From: Antedon mediterranea
Taxonomy: Eukaryota; Animalia; Echinodermata
Assembly: GCF_964355755.1 (NCBI RefSeq)
Contig: NC_092676.1
Coordinates: 24,694,871 to 24,758,870, forward strand
DNA: 64,000 bases
Reading direction: 5' to 3'
Below are positions 1 to 13,300 of this stretch, piece by piece. The stretch's first letter is position 1. Each line of letters begins with the position of its first letter. The position numbers and the translations under genes are program-made. The notes under the pieces were generated by a model. That model was not told the origin of the DNA. It did no database searches and worked only from the letters and a program-made list of their open reading frames with translations.

Positions 1-58
1 CATAGTTTCAGTTGTCAAATTATTGAAGTCCCTTTATGTGTAAAATACCTAATTTTAA

Positions 59-315
59 AGATGTATTATTCTCCTGAAAAAATAATTCTGAAAACCTTTT
101 TTGTTGAACTTTGACCAATTTATTTTCCCGAAAAAAGCAATAATTCGGGTTTGGGGTTAATTAACCATTTATTTTGTCATATTTTGTTTTTGTTTTTTTT
201 TTACTACGGAAGTGATTAACATTATCAAAACTCCAAAAATAACCATTCAAAGTCTGATTTAATTAATTGTGTATTGATCATGTTTTTAGGAAGATGTATT
301 GTTAACAATACATCT
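59..315. mobile_element. Kolobok-like MITE (other copies 16085-~16349, 35076-35383)
   Basis: TTAA|AGATGTATT...AATACATCT|TTAA; TIRs with TTAA TSD and AG..CT termini; three related copies in the window. Confidence 0.7.
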
Positions 316-1341
316 TTAAAATACCATTTTTAATATACGTACTATTGTAATTGTATTTGTGCGCATCTACTAAGCCATTTCTATACATGTACATACAAAT
401 ACAAGTAGTTTTTTTGCTGATTTCATCAAGATTCTAATTATGTGGTCAAACATTTAAAATAATTTAAAATATACGATTAAAATAACATATATTGTCAATG
501 TTCTGGATGAAAACAGCACAAAAAACTAAAAATAGGCCTATATTTACTGTATTTAGTATTCTCTATAGATTAAAACTACTGAATAAATAATAATGACCTT
601 GCGTTCATTGACCATCAACAATAATAAAAATTAACCTTGTATAACACGCATGCGCAGCTGTAAAGTTTAAGGATCGGTCAAGGTGGACGTTTAATAGATG
701 ATCGTGACCAATTGACCTGTGTCCTTGTTTGTACTAAGCAAGCTGATAGATACCTACTGACCAATGCCTCAGGCAATTGTATCCTTCAACTTTTCACGTT
801 ACATTGTTAACATCAGAGAGATGTCAAAATACGACTAGTAGGCCTATACAACAGACAACTTTAAGAAACAAAAGTTTCCCCTGAATAAAAGGGCTGACCG
901 CAGTTAAAAGAATATTTCGTTCAATTGGAAGGTGTCCCTAATATAATTACAGCAGGTATCCCGAGGGGTTAAATAAACTGTATTAAAATTTTCCGTTTCT
1001 ATGATGTATTGAACAAAAACATTATTAAGCCTACTCCATGAAAAAACACACTACTGTACTCTATTAGTATTAATTGTTTTCATTATTTCACTCTGATAAC
1101 CGATGTTGAAAAATGATGTTGTTATATTTCTTACTCATATTACATGTTTTCGGCCCACCATGGAGATGTATAAAATGTTCTATACACACAAAAATGTCCT
1201 TTCTTCTATTCGTGCAACTATCTCACGTACCTGTAGAACCGGCTGCCGGACGACCAACTGTATACGTCAACGTGCATCCTTTTTGAAAATAATTTGTCGC
1301 CACTGACCGTTAGCGGGCGGGCAGCATGCAAATAACGAAAA

Positions 1342-4300
1342 ATGGCTGTCACCTCAAGAGATGCTACTTGCAACGATGCAATATTTACCTTTGAAAAGGT
1401 AAGAATTAAATCACAATTTTCTGCAATGTCACATGTCTTTGTGCTTTGGGCCGTGCTTTGTAGTATAAAAATTTAGCTTGGATTTGTTTTATAATAAACT
1501 AATTAATCATGAAACGGAGGCTCTAGTTAGGCTAGGCCGGTAGGCCGTACGGTATACGGTAAAGCATGAACTATAATAATTCGCTGACCGAAAACTGTAT
1601 AAGAAGCGCCACACCTTGTTTGTGGGTGAGCCCAGTAATCGGCCTAGGCCTAGAGGCTCCTCAATCTGAATTATTCCTACTTAGCCTAGATACTAGAGAT
1701 TTACAAAGTATCGGTTCAATGCTGCATAGGCCTACCAATAAATTGTTAAATGAAATTTTAAAATGAAACAATTAATTGATACCATGCCCGATTTTATTTT
1801 TATTAATTTTAAATTATTAATTAAATTAGCTAGACTTTAGTCTGTGAGTATCATCAGTCTTACCTCAGTTGGTCATAATATTTCATATATAAAACGCTAT
1901 AACTATTAATACAAGGAAGTTAAAAAACTGATTTTCAAATAATCAAAATAACCAAAAAAAGGAAAAGTGTTGACTCAGATTTGTAAGTTTCTTTGTTAAA
2001 TAGATATTACAGTGAACAAGCTAATTGATTCTAATACCTAAAAATGACGATGGTAATTATTGCAACCAAACTTTTGAAATACTTTGTATCTTTTGAAATA
2101 CTTTGTATCTTTTGAAATACTTTGTATCTTTTGAAGGGTGATGACAACTTGAAATCATATCCAACCCAGGACAATACAAAAGAAACTTTAAACACAATCT
2201 TTTCCAACCCGTCGATGCTTCCCCCTGATGCTCCGAACAAGACTGAAGAACTCCCAGACTTCAGTGGTTACGATATTGTGAAGGCAACACAATATGGTGC
2301 ATATGATAGGGTCAATGAACTCCTCAACGAGGGTGCTGAAATCAACCATTTGGATGGCGAGGGTTGTAGTCTATTACACTGGGCATCTATCAACAACAGA
2401 CTGGATCTTATGAGGTATTGCTTTTTTTTAAATCATATAGATATTTGATTGTCAAGTGTATAACATCTTCACTGATCATCATAATTATTTGTGGTAGAAC
2501 AAGATTTGATAAGTTATTAATATATTACATATTAAAATAAACTATAATGAACAGATATATTTGATATTGTCTTCATTGATCATTGTTTTTTTTTTTATGT
2601 CAAATAATAATTAGTGATAGAACAAGATTTGATAAATTGTATTAAAATAAACTATAATGAACAGATTTGATATTGTCAAATGTTTATAACATCTTTATTG
2701 ATCACATTTTATGTCATTTTTGTTTAAACCTCCACACTTCTTAAAAATATATATTATTTGTCGCAGCAGACATAAGATCAAAGGACTGTTACGATTCCTA
2801 CTGTATCCTGTCAAGGCTAGCTTAGTGTCCTGTTGTGATTGCCTTGATTAAACTGATACAGGTTAAACAATACATAGTCTAGCATATTTTGGAAAGTTGC
2901 ATTTTTTTTTGCTATATTTGATAAAATTTGGATATGTTGTAGAATAGACATCACTGAATCCAAAAAGTATTTGCTCCATTTTTTTTTTCATACGCAAGGG
3001 GGGTTGGCAGCCATTTCAAAATGGCCGCCATTTTGGACAAAATAATGTAAGTATATGGAATTAAAAGATGTTATCGAGATACAAATTCAATCATAAAAGT
3101 AACAATAAATGTTCACATAATATTTCACATCATTTTTGTAACTGAACAAGCCAAAATGGCCGGCATTATGCCCAAAATGGCTGCCATTTTATCCAACATG
3201 GCCACCATTTTATCTAAAATGGCCACATATATCAATCAAATATTTTTTAAAACTTTTATTCACATATATTTTGTAAAAATTAGATATGTTGTAGAATAGA
3301 CCTCACTGAATCCAAAAAGTATTTGCTCCAATTTTTTTTTTCATACGCAAGGGGGATTGGCAGCCATTTAAAAATGGCCGCCATTTTGGACAAAATTGTT
3401 TCAAATATTGTAAGTTTATGACATTAAAAGATGTTATCAAGATAGAAATTCAATCATAAAAGTAACAATAAATGTTTAAATAATATTTCACATCATATTT
3501 GTAACTGAACAAGTCAAAATGGCCGCCATTATGCCCAAAATGGCTGTCATTTTAGCCAATATGGCTACCATTTTATCTAAAATTGCCACATATCAATCAA
3601 ATATTTTTTTATTCACCTATATTTACAATTGGATATGTTGTATAGACATCACTGAATCCAAAAAGTATTTTCTCCATTTTGTGTTTATAGGCAAGGGGGG
3701 TTGGCAGCAATTTCAAATTTGTCGCCATTTTTGACAATTTTTTTTAAAATATTGTAAGTTTATGGCATTAAAAGGTGTTTTATCGAGATGGAAATTCAGT
3801 CATATAAGTAACAATAAATGTTCAAATAATATTTCACATCATTTGTGTAACAGAACAATGGCTGACATTTCAACCAAAATGGTCGCCATTTTATCCAACA
3901 TGGCCGCCATTTTGATCTGAAATGGCCACATAATAAAATTGTTTTTCTTTAACGTTGATTAAATACATGGGCTATAAAGGAACCAACATAACAACATAAT
4001 AATATTTGTGTTTAATTACTTTACTTATTCGTCGTCACTTTCGTTATCACTATCACTGTCCGAATCGGATGTAGACAACAATGGTCATATATTGTGACAG
4101 TTATTCTCGTCTGTTTCGCATTTACACATATCGGTATATTGTAGATTGTTTTTCTTGCACGTGCATATATTATGGGAACATGTACTTAAACATGAACACC
4201 GTATTACGTAGCTCCACAACTGCTTCTGGAGCAGTTTGCTTCTCGTATAATACTGGTCCTAGTTTACCGTTCTCTATAAACCAGCCAAGTTTTGGCATGG

Positions 4301-7300
4301 ATCGGGAATTATTGGGTCAATAGTTGGCCTGGAGATGTGCACGTAGTATGTGCTGGTGCAACGCTCCAGACGTTGGTGGCAATTTTTCCACACCTTGATT
4401 ATTTGGCAGTGTTTTGAACCGTTTCCATCTCAGGGTTGATGAATCTTTGGCTGACACCCTTTTAGTTTCAATAAGACCGCACAGAAACTCCTCGCATCCT
4501 GCCTTCACATTGAAAGATGGCACATTGTCTTCTCCGAGTTTGACTAACGCTTCTATGATGTGAGGAGATGACTTCATATACTGTACATCTTAAAAGCTGT
4601 TTTTTCCTGTGTACATCCAGTGATAGCATGGAAACCTGGTAGTCTGGCTGCCTTTTCCGGTCCAAGGGGATCGTATATTGATTAAAGAGCAATTCTTCTT
4701 GTTTCAGCTGTGCCTGTTAAAATACCAGAATTTTCCCCTAACTGTTGTAGGCGCCTTAAAATTAAAACAAATAAGTCGACTTCATTTCCTGGTGTAGATG
4801 CTACTTCAATACCATGAGGGATCATTAGTATATCTACCTCCTCTTCTTTGGGTGCTCACAGGTGTTGTTGGGGAATGTTCAGGTGTGTTTGTGTTCATCT
4901 TGTCGCATGACTGTTACAATAGGATGTTTAAAATTTCGTACTGATTTGTCGGCAAGATAAATTGTGAGTTGATCTTTTGTCGTGTTGCTTGACAAGAATA
5001 TTGCTTTGTTTTTAATCAGTGTGGAATCTTCCACAATAATTTCCACAATGTTAGGAGGAGATGATTGATATCGGATATCGTCTTTAAGCGAAAGTGTCTT
5101 CTCATAATTGTCAAAGACAACACGTCCACCAACATAAATGTATTTGTTAAGTAGAGAATCTATGCAGGCTACAAATGCCTCCACAAAATCTTTGCAGGTG
5201 GTAAAAGTCTGAACATTCATAAGAGTTTGAACAACTGCCATTCCATCGATGATGAGATAGCGATTCACAGGCTGAGGTGATATTAATCATCTTATTGTAA
5301 CAGTCACGTGAACACCCAAGAAGAGGTAGACACACTAATGATCCCTCATGGCATTGAAATAGCATCTACACCAGGAAATGAAGTCGACTTCTTCACGCAA
5401 GATACCGACTGGTTTGTTTTAATTCTAAGGCGCCTACAACAGTTGGGGGAAAATACTGGAATTTTAACACTCAGGCACAGCTGAAACAGGAAGAAGAATT
5501 ACTCTTCAACCAATATATGATCACCTTGGACCAGAAAAGGCAGCCGGACTACCAGGTTTCTATGCTATCACTGGATGTGGTGTAATACGGGTCACAGGAA
5601 AAAAACAGCTTTTAAGATTGTATATGAAGTCACCTCCTCACATCATAGAAGCTCTAGTCAAACTCGGAAAAGACAATATGCCATCTTTCAATGGGAAGGC
5701 AGGATGCGAGAAGTTTCTGTGCAGTCTTCTTGGAACTAAAAGGGTGTCAGCGGTTCAAAAAACTGCCAAATAATCAAGGTGTGGAAAAATTGCCACCAAC
5801 TTCTGGAGCGTTGCACAAGCACATACTACGTGCACATCTCCAGGCCAATATATGGATCTATAATGTACCGAGATCTGTAAATGCGAAGCAGACGTGAATA
5901 ACAGACTTCAAACCAGTCAAAATAAAGTTGCTAGGTTTATATTAAATAAAAATGATCGTGCACATATTGGTAAAGACGAACTGAACCAAATCGGTCAATT
6001 ATGTCTAGAGGGTAGAATTTGCCAACTCAAACTTAATCATGTTCATAAGATTTTTTATGGAAAATCAGTACCTTATTTAACTGAAAAGTTTAAAAGAGTT
6101 TCATCTAACCACCATTATATGACTAGAAGTAAGGTCAATGGATTTTCAGTTCCTAAATCTGATAGTCAAATGTCTACGTTTTATTATACAGGCATAAAGG
6201 CATGGAATAACCTACCTCATTCCATTCAGCAAATAGAAAACAAATTTAATTTTAAGAAAAATGTTAAATCACATTTCTGTTCTACCACATAACTATATAA
6301 GTCAATCATAGTCTTTAATTTAACTTGTTTTTTATATTATTGTTTTTGTTATATTTACGTGTTTAATGCAATATTTTGTAAAGTTTTTATTTTAAATTGT
6401 AAAGGACCCCAATGGAAATAAGCTGATAAGCTTTTTGGGCTTTCCTGGAAAATTAGTCCAGTCAATCTAATGATATACCCACCACAAATTGCAATAGTAA
6501 CAAAGCAAGTATTTTTGAATTCCATATAAAGTGTAGAACGACATACTAAAAGTCACCGAAAATCCAAGCATTGGGTCAAGGGGTCAGAGGTCAATAAAGG
6601 TCATTTTAAGTCAAAATTAATATGCCCCATTAATTACATATATTTAACCATTTGAAATACATTATATACAAGTGTGATTTATGTCATCCGAAAGCTTATT
6701 AAATTTCCTATTCAGTGATATCAAACTTATAGTCATAACATTTTATTTAGCATGTCATTTTTGCGGAAAAACACAACATAATGTTTCAATTTTGGCTAAA
6801 AATGTTGTTTTCGCTGTAAACAACAATGGTATATACACAGGGATACCCATGGGGTGAACATTTCAGTCCAAAGCGATACACATGACCAGCTCAAGATGCA
6901 GATGAGTGACATCTCCGTTCCTGTTACTTCTCGATGATCTACATTCCATTTTTTCCAGATGGCATTTGTGTTGCCATGGTTACACTATTTATATTGGGAC
7001 GTATATTAAGTATTTTAACGATTTTTTAACCAGTAGAAATACAAAGATGTTCAACAGCAGTTTGACAATGACCTCCATGTTGTATGACATTCGGAACCAT
7101 CTGGGCTGGATTGTCAACAGACCTGGTGATTGAAAAGGTTTCTATGAGAAGCCTCAAAGAAAACCAGGTTTGACAAGAGATTTAGGAATGAGTGCATTCA
7201 GACCAAATCTGCGCTGTATGTAATGCCTTTGCAATAGTATCAGGGCGTTACTCCAACAGCGGCCAACATAAGACCTTGTGGCCACACGTCAGGAACACAA

Positions 7301-10300
7301 TGGCAATTGAAAAATCCATTTGGTTACGACTCAGAGACTTCATACCATTGACATGGGAGTTACTGCAGGTGACTCGGAATATTGGCAATGCGGTATTAAG
7401 CATTGAATATTTTGGAAGGATGTTAGGCCAGAAAGTCTTGCAATGTATTCAAGATCCTGGCAATAAAGTACATACAGGCAAATATGTGTGCATAGATCCT
7501 ACAGTTCCAGAGGAGACTCGAGGTGACAACAAGGAAGTTTTTGAACATGAACTTTGTTATCCACCAGCACTTTTTGAAACTACCAACTTACAATACTTTC
7601 AGCTAATAAAACAACATGATGCCATGTGGAAACAACTTCTTATGAATAGTCTAACACATCCAACTCACAGAATGCTGTCCAGTAAGCCTACATTTTAGAT
7701 GGTAGTGCTCTACTTCACAGCATTCCATGGAATAGTGTAGAGACTTATGATGCGATCTGTAAAAAATATTGCTCTGCCATCATAGTCTTTGATGATTATG
7801 AAAGCGCCAAAGACGGCGCACATGGTAAGGCGGGTCAGGTGGTAGTGTCCCTGTACATTTTACCAGTGACATGTTCCACAAAATAGGATCACTTTCTGTA
7901 ACAAACAACAATTTATAAATCTTCGTAACTAGTATTTGAACAACATGGCAATGAGTGAATCAGCAAACAGGAAAACATCTGTATCCGATGACTTTTGAGA
8001 GACATCTGTGATAACCTTCTGTTTGCTCATGCGATACTGGTGACACAACATCCAGAGTTTTCGGAATTGGAAAACAAGTGGCTCTAAAAAAAACTTGTCA
8101 TTGCACTTATTTCTGACATTATGCTGTAGTCTTCAGATGCAAACAAGATACAAAGGATGACATTGTGGTTGCTAGAGAAAATGATTTAGTGTGTCTTTAC
8201 AATGGACGACCTGGACAGCGTGGAATGCCTTTGACTCCATCCCATCTACAAGTACAACCTCGCATATCGCCAACTTCATAGTCGTACCACAACCAAGGTA
8301 CTTAACATCATGTTCAAGTTCAAGTTATCTTTTAGCAATGGAGTGGGGTTGATATGTGTACCGAGGACTGGGGATGGAAGATCAGATGATGGAAACATGT
8401 TTCCTCTACACACAGACTTAAAGCCAGCACCTGAGTATCTCCTTGAAGCATTCAGGGGTAACTAGAACTACATGTGATGAATGCAATGGCATTGCACTGT
8501 ACTAATACCCGAACAAGAAAGTGATACTGATGACATAGTTGTGAGTCCATTTCTATTTGAAGGATTAAAGAATATCATCCCACACGGGGCAATTCAAATA
8601 AAAAGTTCTGGATTAAAATGATCTTAGAAATATACAAAAATATCACAATACACAGTACAATATAACAAGAGTCAAAGTTCAAGAAATTAAGAGTTGGATG
8701 GCAACTGGCAAAAAAGAATTTCTTTTCCGGTTTGTTCTACATGCCGGGCATCGAAAGCGACGCCCATGAGGCATGAGCTCGAAATCACTGAACAAGGCAT
8801 GGTTAACATTTTTTAGAATAGCTCTACTTTTTTCTAGAGTTTGCATGTCACAGAAGGAAGACAAGCTACGAAGTTGACAACCTATTAATTTAGAACTTAA
8901 ATTAACAATTCTTTGTAGTGAGTTTCTCTCTTTGACCCTATTAAGACTAAAAAACCAGCATATAAAGGAAAAAAGTTAAAACGTTCTCAATAAAGGAATT
9001 ATAAAAAAACCTGAGAATTACTTTATCGACATTAAAATGGTTCAGCTTCCTTAACAGATAAAGTCTATGATGTCCTTTCTTTACTATTGCCTCTGTATTT
9101 AATTCCCAGCTGAGATTGTCCTCAAAATATAGTACCTAGGTATTTAGGAATGGACAATATCACTGGTTCGTCATTTATGAGGGATACCAGAGGGCTGCGT
9201 CATTTCTCCTTCCTAAAATCTACAATCATCTCCTTGGTTTTGGTCACATTGAGTTCCAAGTAGGAGTTTCCACAAAATTGGATAAAACCATCTAATGCGG
9301 GACCATGACCGTCCTGTGAATTTTTAAGGAGAGACAGCAAGACAGTGTCGTCAGCAAATTTGACAAGATGACTATTGTCCTGTTTGCTGCGACAGTCATC
9401 CGTGTATATAATATACAGGAGATGAGAGAGGACGCAACCCTGGGGCGATCCAATACTTGTCATTACGTACATTCATTGATACTAAAATCATCAAAAATCT
9501 ATCTATAGTTAAATCATGAGTTGATTCCAAATTATCAAGACTCATTAATTAATCAACAATAGTACATACCGCTAATGAATTTCAATGTTCTTCTAGCTAG
9601 CATCATTTTTCCTATTTCATAACGATACAATAGGTACAGGAAAAACATTATTTGCACCAAATACTTGCAAAATATACATAAACATAATTTAGTTTTACGC
9701 TATTTAAAGAAAATTTGAGTTTTCGTAAAAGGTCACTGACCTCTATAGTTACATAACAACTGTTGTATCAATTAGTTTTTAGAGTAAGAAATACATATTA
9801 TACACATTTGTAGTTATTTAGATGTTATTGGCAGGCATAAATGTTACCTACTACTACACTACAGTACCTGTTGTTGATAACAATTTATCATTATAGGATT
9901 ATTTTTATTTAAGTACATAATTAATTCAAAATACTTAACATCATTTTTCCTATTTCATATGACGATAGGTACAGAAAAAACACAAGTTTCATCAAATGCA
10001 ACGGCAATTACGGAATAAGACATTTTGTTAGGAAAAATTTGAGTTTTTGTAAAAGGTCAATGACCTTTTGACCTCTAGTTAAGTATAACTGTTGTATTAA
10101 TTGTTTTTTTAATGTATATTAGTAGGATATATATACTCTACACATTGGTACTAAAGCTATTTAGATATGATTAAAAAACAATGGATTATAGGCATAAACG
10201 CTACCCCTACCCAAAAATTGTTTACATTACATTTGATCAAGAATCAATTTCAATAAGAATAGTACATCATTACTTTTAAAATTCTTCTAGTTAACATCAT

Positions 10301-13300
10301 GTTTCCTATTTTATATATCAATAGGTACAGAAAAAACACAATTTTGATTAAATGCATCCACAATTATGGCATACGATATAACAGTTAATCATTTTTTAAA
10401 GGAAAAAAATGAGTTTTTGTAAAAGGTCAATAACCTTTTGACCTCTAGTTATATAAATAAGTGTTGTATTTTGTTTTTTTAAATTGCATATTAGAAAGAA
10501 ATATATATTTTACACACTGATATCAAGATTATTGAGATTGGATTATAAAACCACAAGTTACGGGCATAAATGTTACCCCCTACCCCAAAAAATATTTACG
10601 GAATAAAATCCCTATATAGTTGTTGAGATTACGTAAAAAATAGTGTGTTCCAATGCTTCAATTTTCGGTGACTTTTAATATGTCATTCTAAACTACATTT
10701 GGAATGAAAAAATCAATGTTTCGTTACTATTGCAATTTGTGGTGGGTTTACCTCTAAATATCACTAGATTGACTGGACTAAATCTTTTATAAATGTATTA
10801 TTTGTAATGTCCGTAATTTATGTTATCACTTTGTATGTATTTTTTATGATGATTTTCCAAATGAATTCAAATCAAATCAACATATGACCATTGTTGTCTA
10901 CATCCGATTCGGACAGTGATAGTGATGGCTAAAATGACGACGAATAATTAAAGTAATTAAACACAAATATCATTATGTTATAGCCTACCGTATGTATTTA
11001 ATTAAAGTTAAAAAAAACCAATTTGATTATGTAGCCATTTCAGATAAAAATGGCGGCCATGTTGGATAATATGGCGGCCATTTTGGTTGAAATGTCTGCC
11101 ATTTTGGCTTTTTCTGTTACACAAATATGAAATATTATTTGACATTTATTGTTACTTTTATGATTGATTTCTATCTCGATAACATCTTTAAATGTCATAA
11201 ACTTACAATATTTGAAACAATTTTGTCCAAAATTGGGGCCATTTTTAAATGGCTGCCAATCTTCCTTGCGTATGAAAAAAAAATGGAGCAAATACTTTTT
11301 GGATTCAGTGATGTCTATTCTACAACATATCTAATTTTTACCAAATATATGTGAATAAAAGTTGAAAGAAATATTTGATTGATATATGTGGCCATTTTAG
11401 ATAAAATGATGGCCATATTGGATAAAATGGCAGCCATTTTGGGCATAATGGCGGCCATTTTGGCTTGTTTAGTTACAAAAATGATGTGAAATATTATTTG
11501 AACATTTATTGTTACTTTTATGATTGAATTTCTATCTCGATAACATCTTTTAATGCCATATACTTACAATATTTTGTTCAAAATGGCGGCCATTTTGAAA
11601 TGGCTGCCAACCCCCCTTGCGTATGAAAAAAAAAATGGAGCAAATACTTTTTGGATTCAGTGATGTGTATTTTACAACATATCCAATTTTTACCAAATAT
11701 ATCAAAAAAAAATGCAACTTATCATATCGCTACATTTAATACTGGACTAACAATGCTTCGGTCTAATTCATAAGAACTAACTAAAGTCCATACTTTTCAT
11801 TTCCAGACTTTTGATATCAAAAGGTGCCATCATTGATCGAGCTGGTGGAGAATTGAATGCATCACCATTACACTGGGCAACCAGGCAAGGTCACTTACCA
11901 GCAGTAGTCCTCTTGATACAGAATGAAGCTGACCCATCTATTAGGGACAATGAAGGGCTAAGCTGCATCCATGTGGCATGTCAGTTTGGACACACATCTA
12001 TTGTGGCATACTTTGTTGCTAAGGGACAGGTCAGAGTTCATGTATTAGTATATATGAATAATAATCTTATTCTAATAATAATTCTTATTATACAATGCTT
12101 CTACTGTAAGTGTTTCACATTATTACCCCTGTCATTTTTACTTTGTGGATCAAACACATATGGAAAAAAACTCCTATTAAGGAAGCTAGTAATCATCGCA
12201 AAGTTGTCTTGATTTAACCGGGTGTCCATACACCTGTGTGGAGAGAGGCAAACATAAATAAAGTGTCTTGCCTAAAAGATACAAGCAATGCAGCGAGAGT
12301 TGGATTCAAACTCACAATCAGTAGTCCAGCATTCAACACACTGCGCTACACACGCCCCTAAAATATAAATTTAATTAGATATTACAATACATAATTAATT
12401 GTATGAAAATTTGCATGGAGAAAAGTAATAATAATATACATATTAATGATAAAGTTTGCAGTAAAAAAACATGTAGTTTTTTCAAGCTTAACAGATTTTT
12501 TTCAGACCATACATGGTGCACACATTATACATACATTATTACATATTACAGTAATAAAATCATTGATGTTTCTCTTATTCACTCTCAATCAAAAACCAAC
12601 TTTATTTAATGTATTTGTAATTTATTAGGACCCTAACCTGCTGGATGCTAGTGGTATGACTCCCCTCATGTGGGCTGCATTTAGAGTATTTGCGTAAGTA
12701 CCATACGTTCCTAGATTTTAAATGATATAATTGTATACAGTCAACTCTCCTAATACCGGACACCTTTGAGCTAGCCAAATATGTCTGGTTTTCTGTAAAG
12801 TTTGGTATTCAGAATGTGTTTTAATGGTAAAATAAATTTGGGAATGTTTGAACTTCACGAAAAGACTGGTATTGGGAGAGTTTCTGGTTTTCAGAGAGTC
12901 TGGTATTTGTAGAGTTCTGCGGTGTGACGTCGATAGATGGCGCTGCGGGGTTGCTAGCCAGCCCAAAAATGCGTTCAACGCTACTATTTTGATAAACTAT
13001 ATAGATCTGTAGCTTGATTTTTTTAAACTTAAACTGTATTTGAAGAATAAATAGATTATTAAAACCAAATATTTAGTGATCTTTCGAAATTTTAGTTTTT
13101 ATTGAAAATTATTAAGTTTTAAAATGTTGTGTTGTTGACCTTGGAGTCACTCAGGCAGGTTGAACACTACCATAGTGTTGTACGTCAGCACCGCAGAACT
13201 CTATATATTTATGAGCAAAACAAATGTGCACAATCTTGTCACAGGTGAAAACAAATTTCTTGCTGTTTGAAGATACACTGTCAATGTGATGTCAGTCACA

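Larger units (their letters stand above)
5903..10880 (+). mobile_element. 5'-truncated L2/CR1-group (Crack/Daphne-like) LINE, split by the inner Academ (5903-6453 and 10781-10880)
   Basis: ORF2 C-terminus [14 protein letters not shown]...[13 protein letters not shown]...FKKNVK; 3' UTR and (AAATC)n tail. Confidence 0.75.
2875..11749. mobile_element. Academ (AcademX)-like DNA transposon derivative, foldback of two 3' ends
   Basis: ACA|TAGTCTAG...CTGGACTA|ACA (3-bp TSD, TAG termini); decayed XPG/PIN-like motifs ([32 protein letters not shown]) and Cys-rich tail; arms 2875-4090 and 10882-11749 inverted. Confidence 0.8.

Noticed and set aside
4317-8500. Host XPG/FEN1-like nuclease gene or active transposase
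   Set aside because: Fragmented by stops and frameshifts and enclosed by transposon ends
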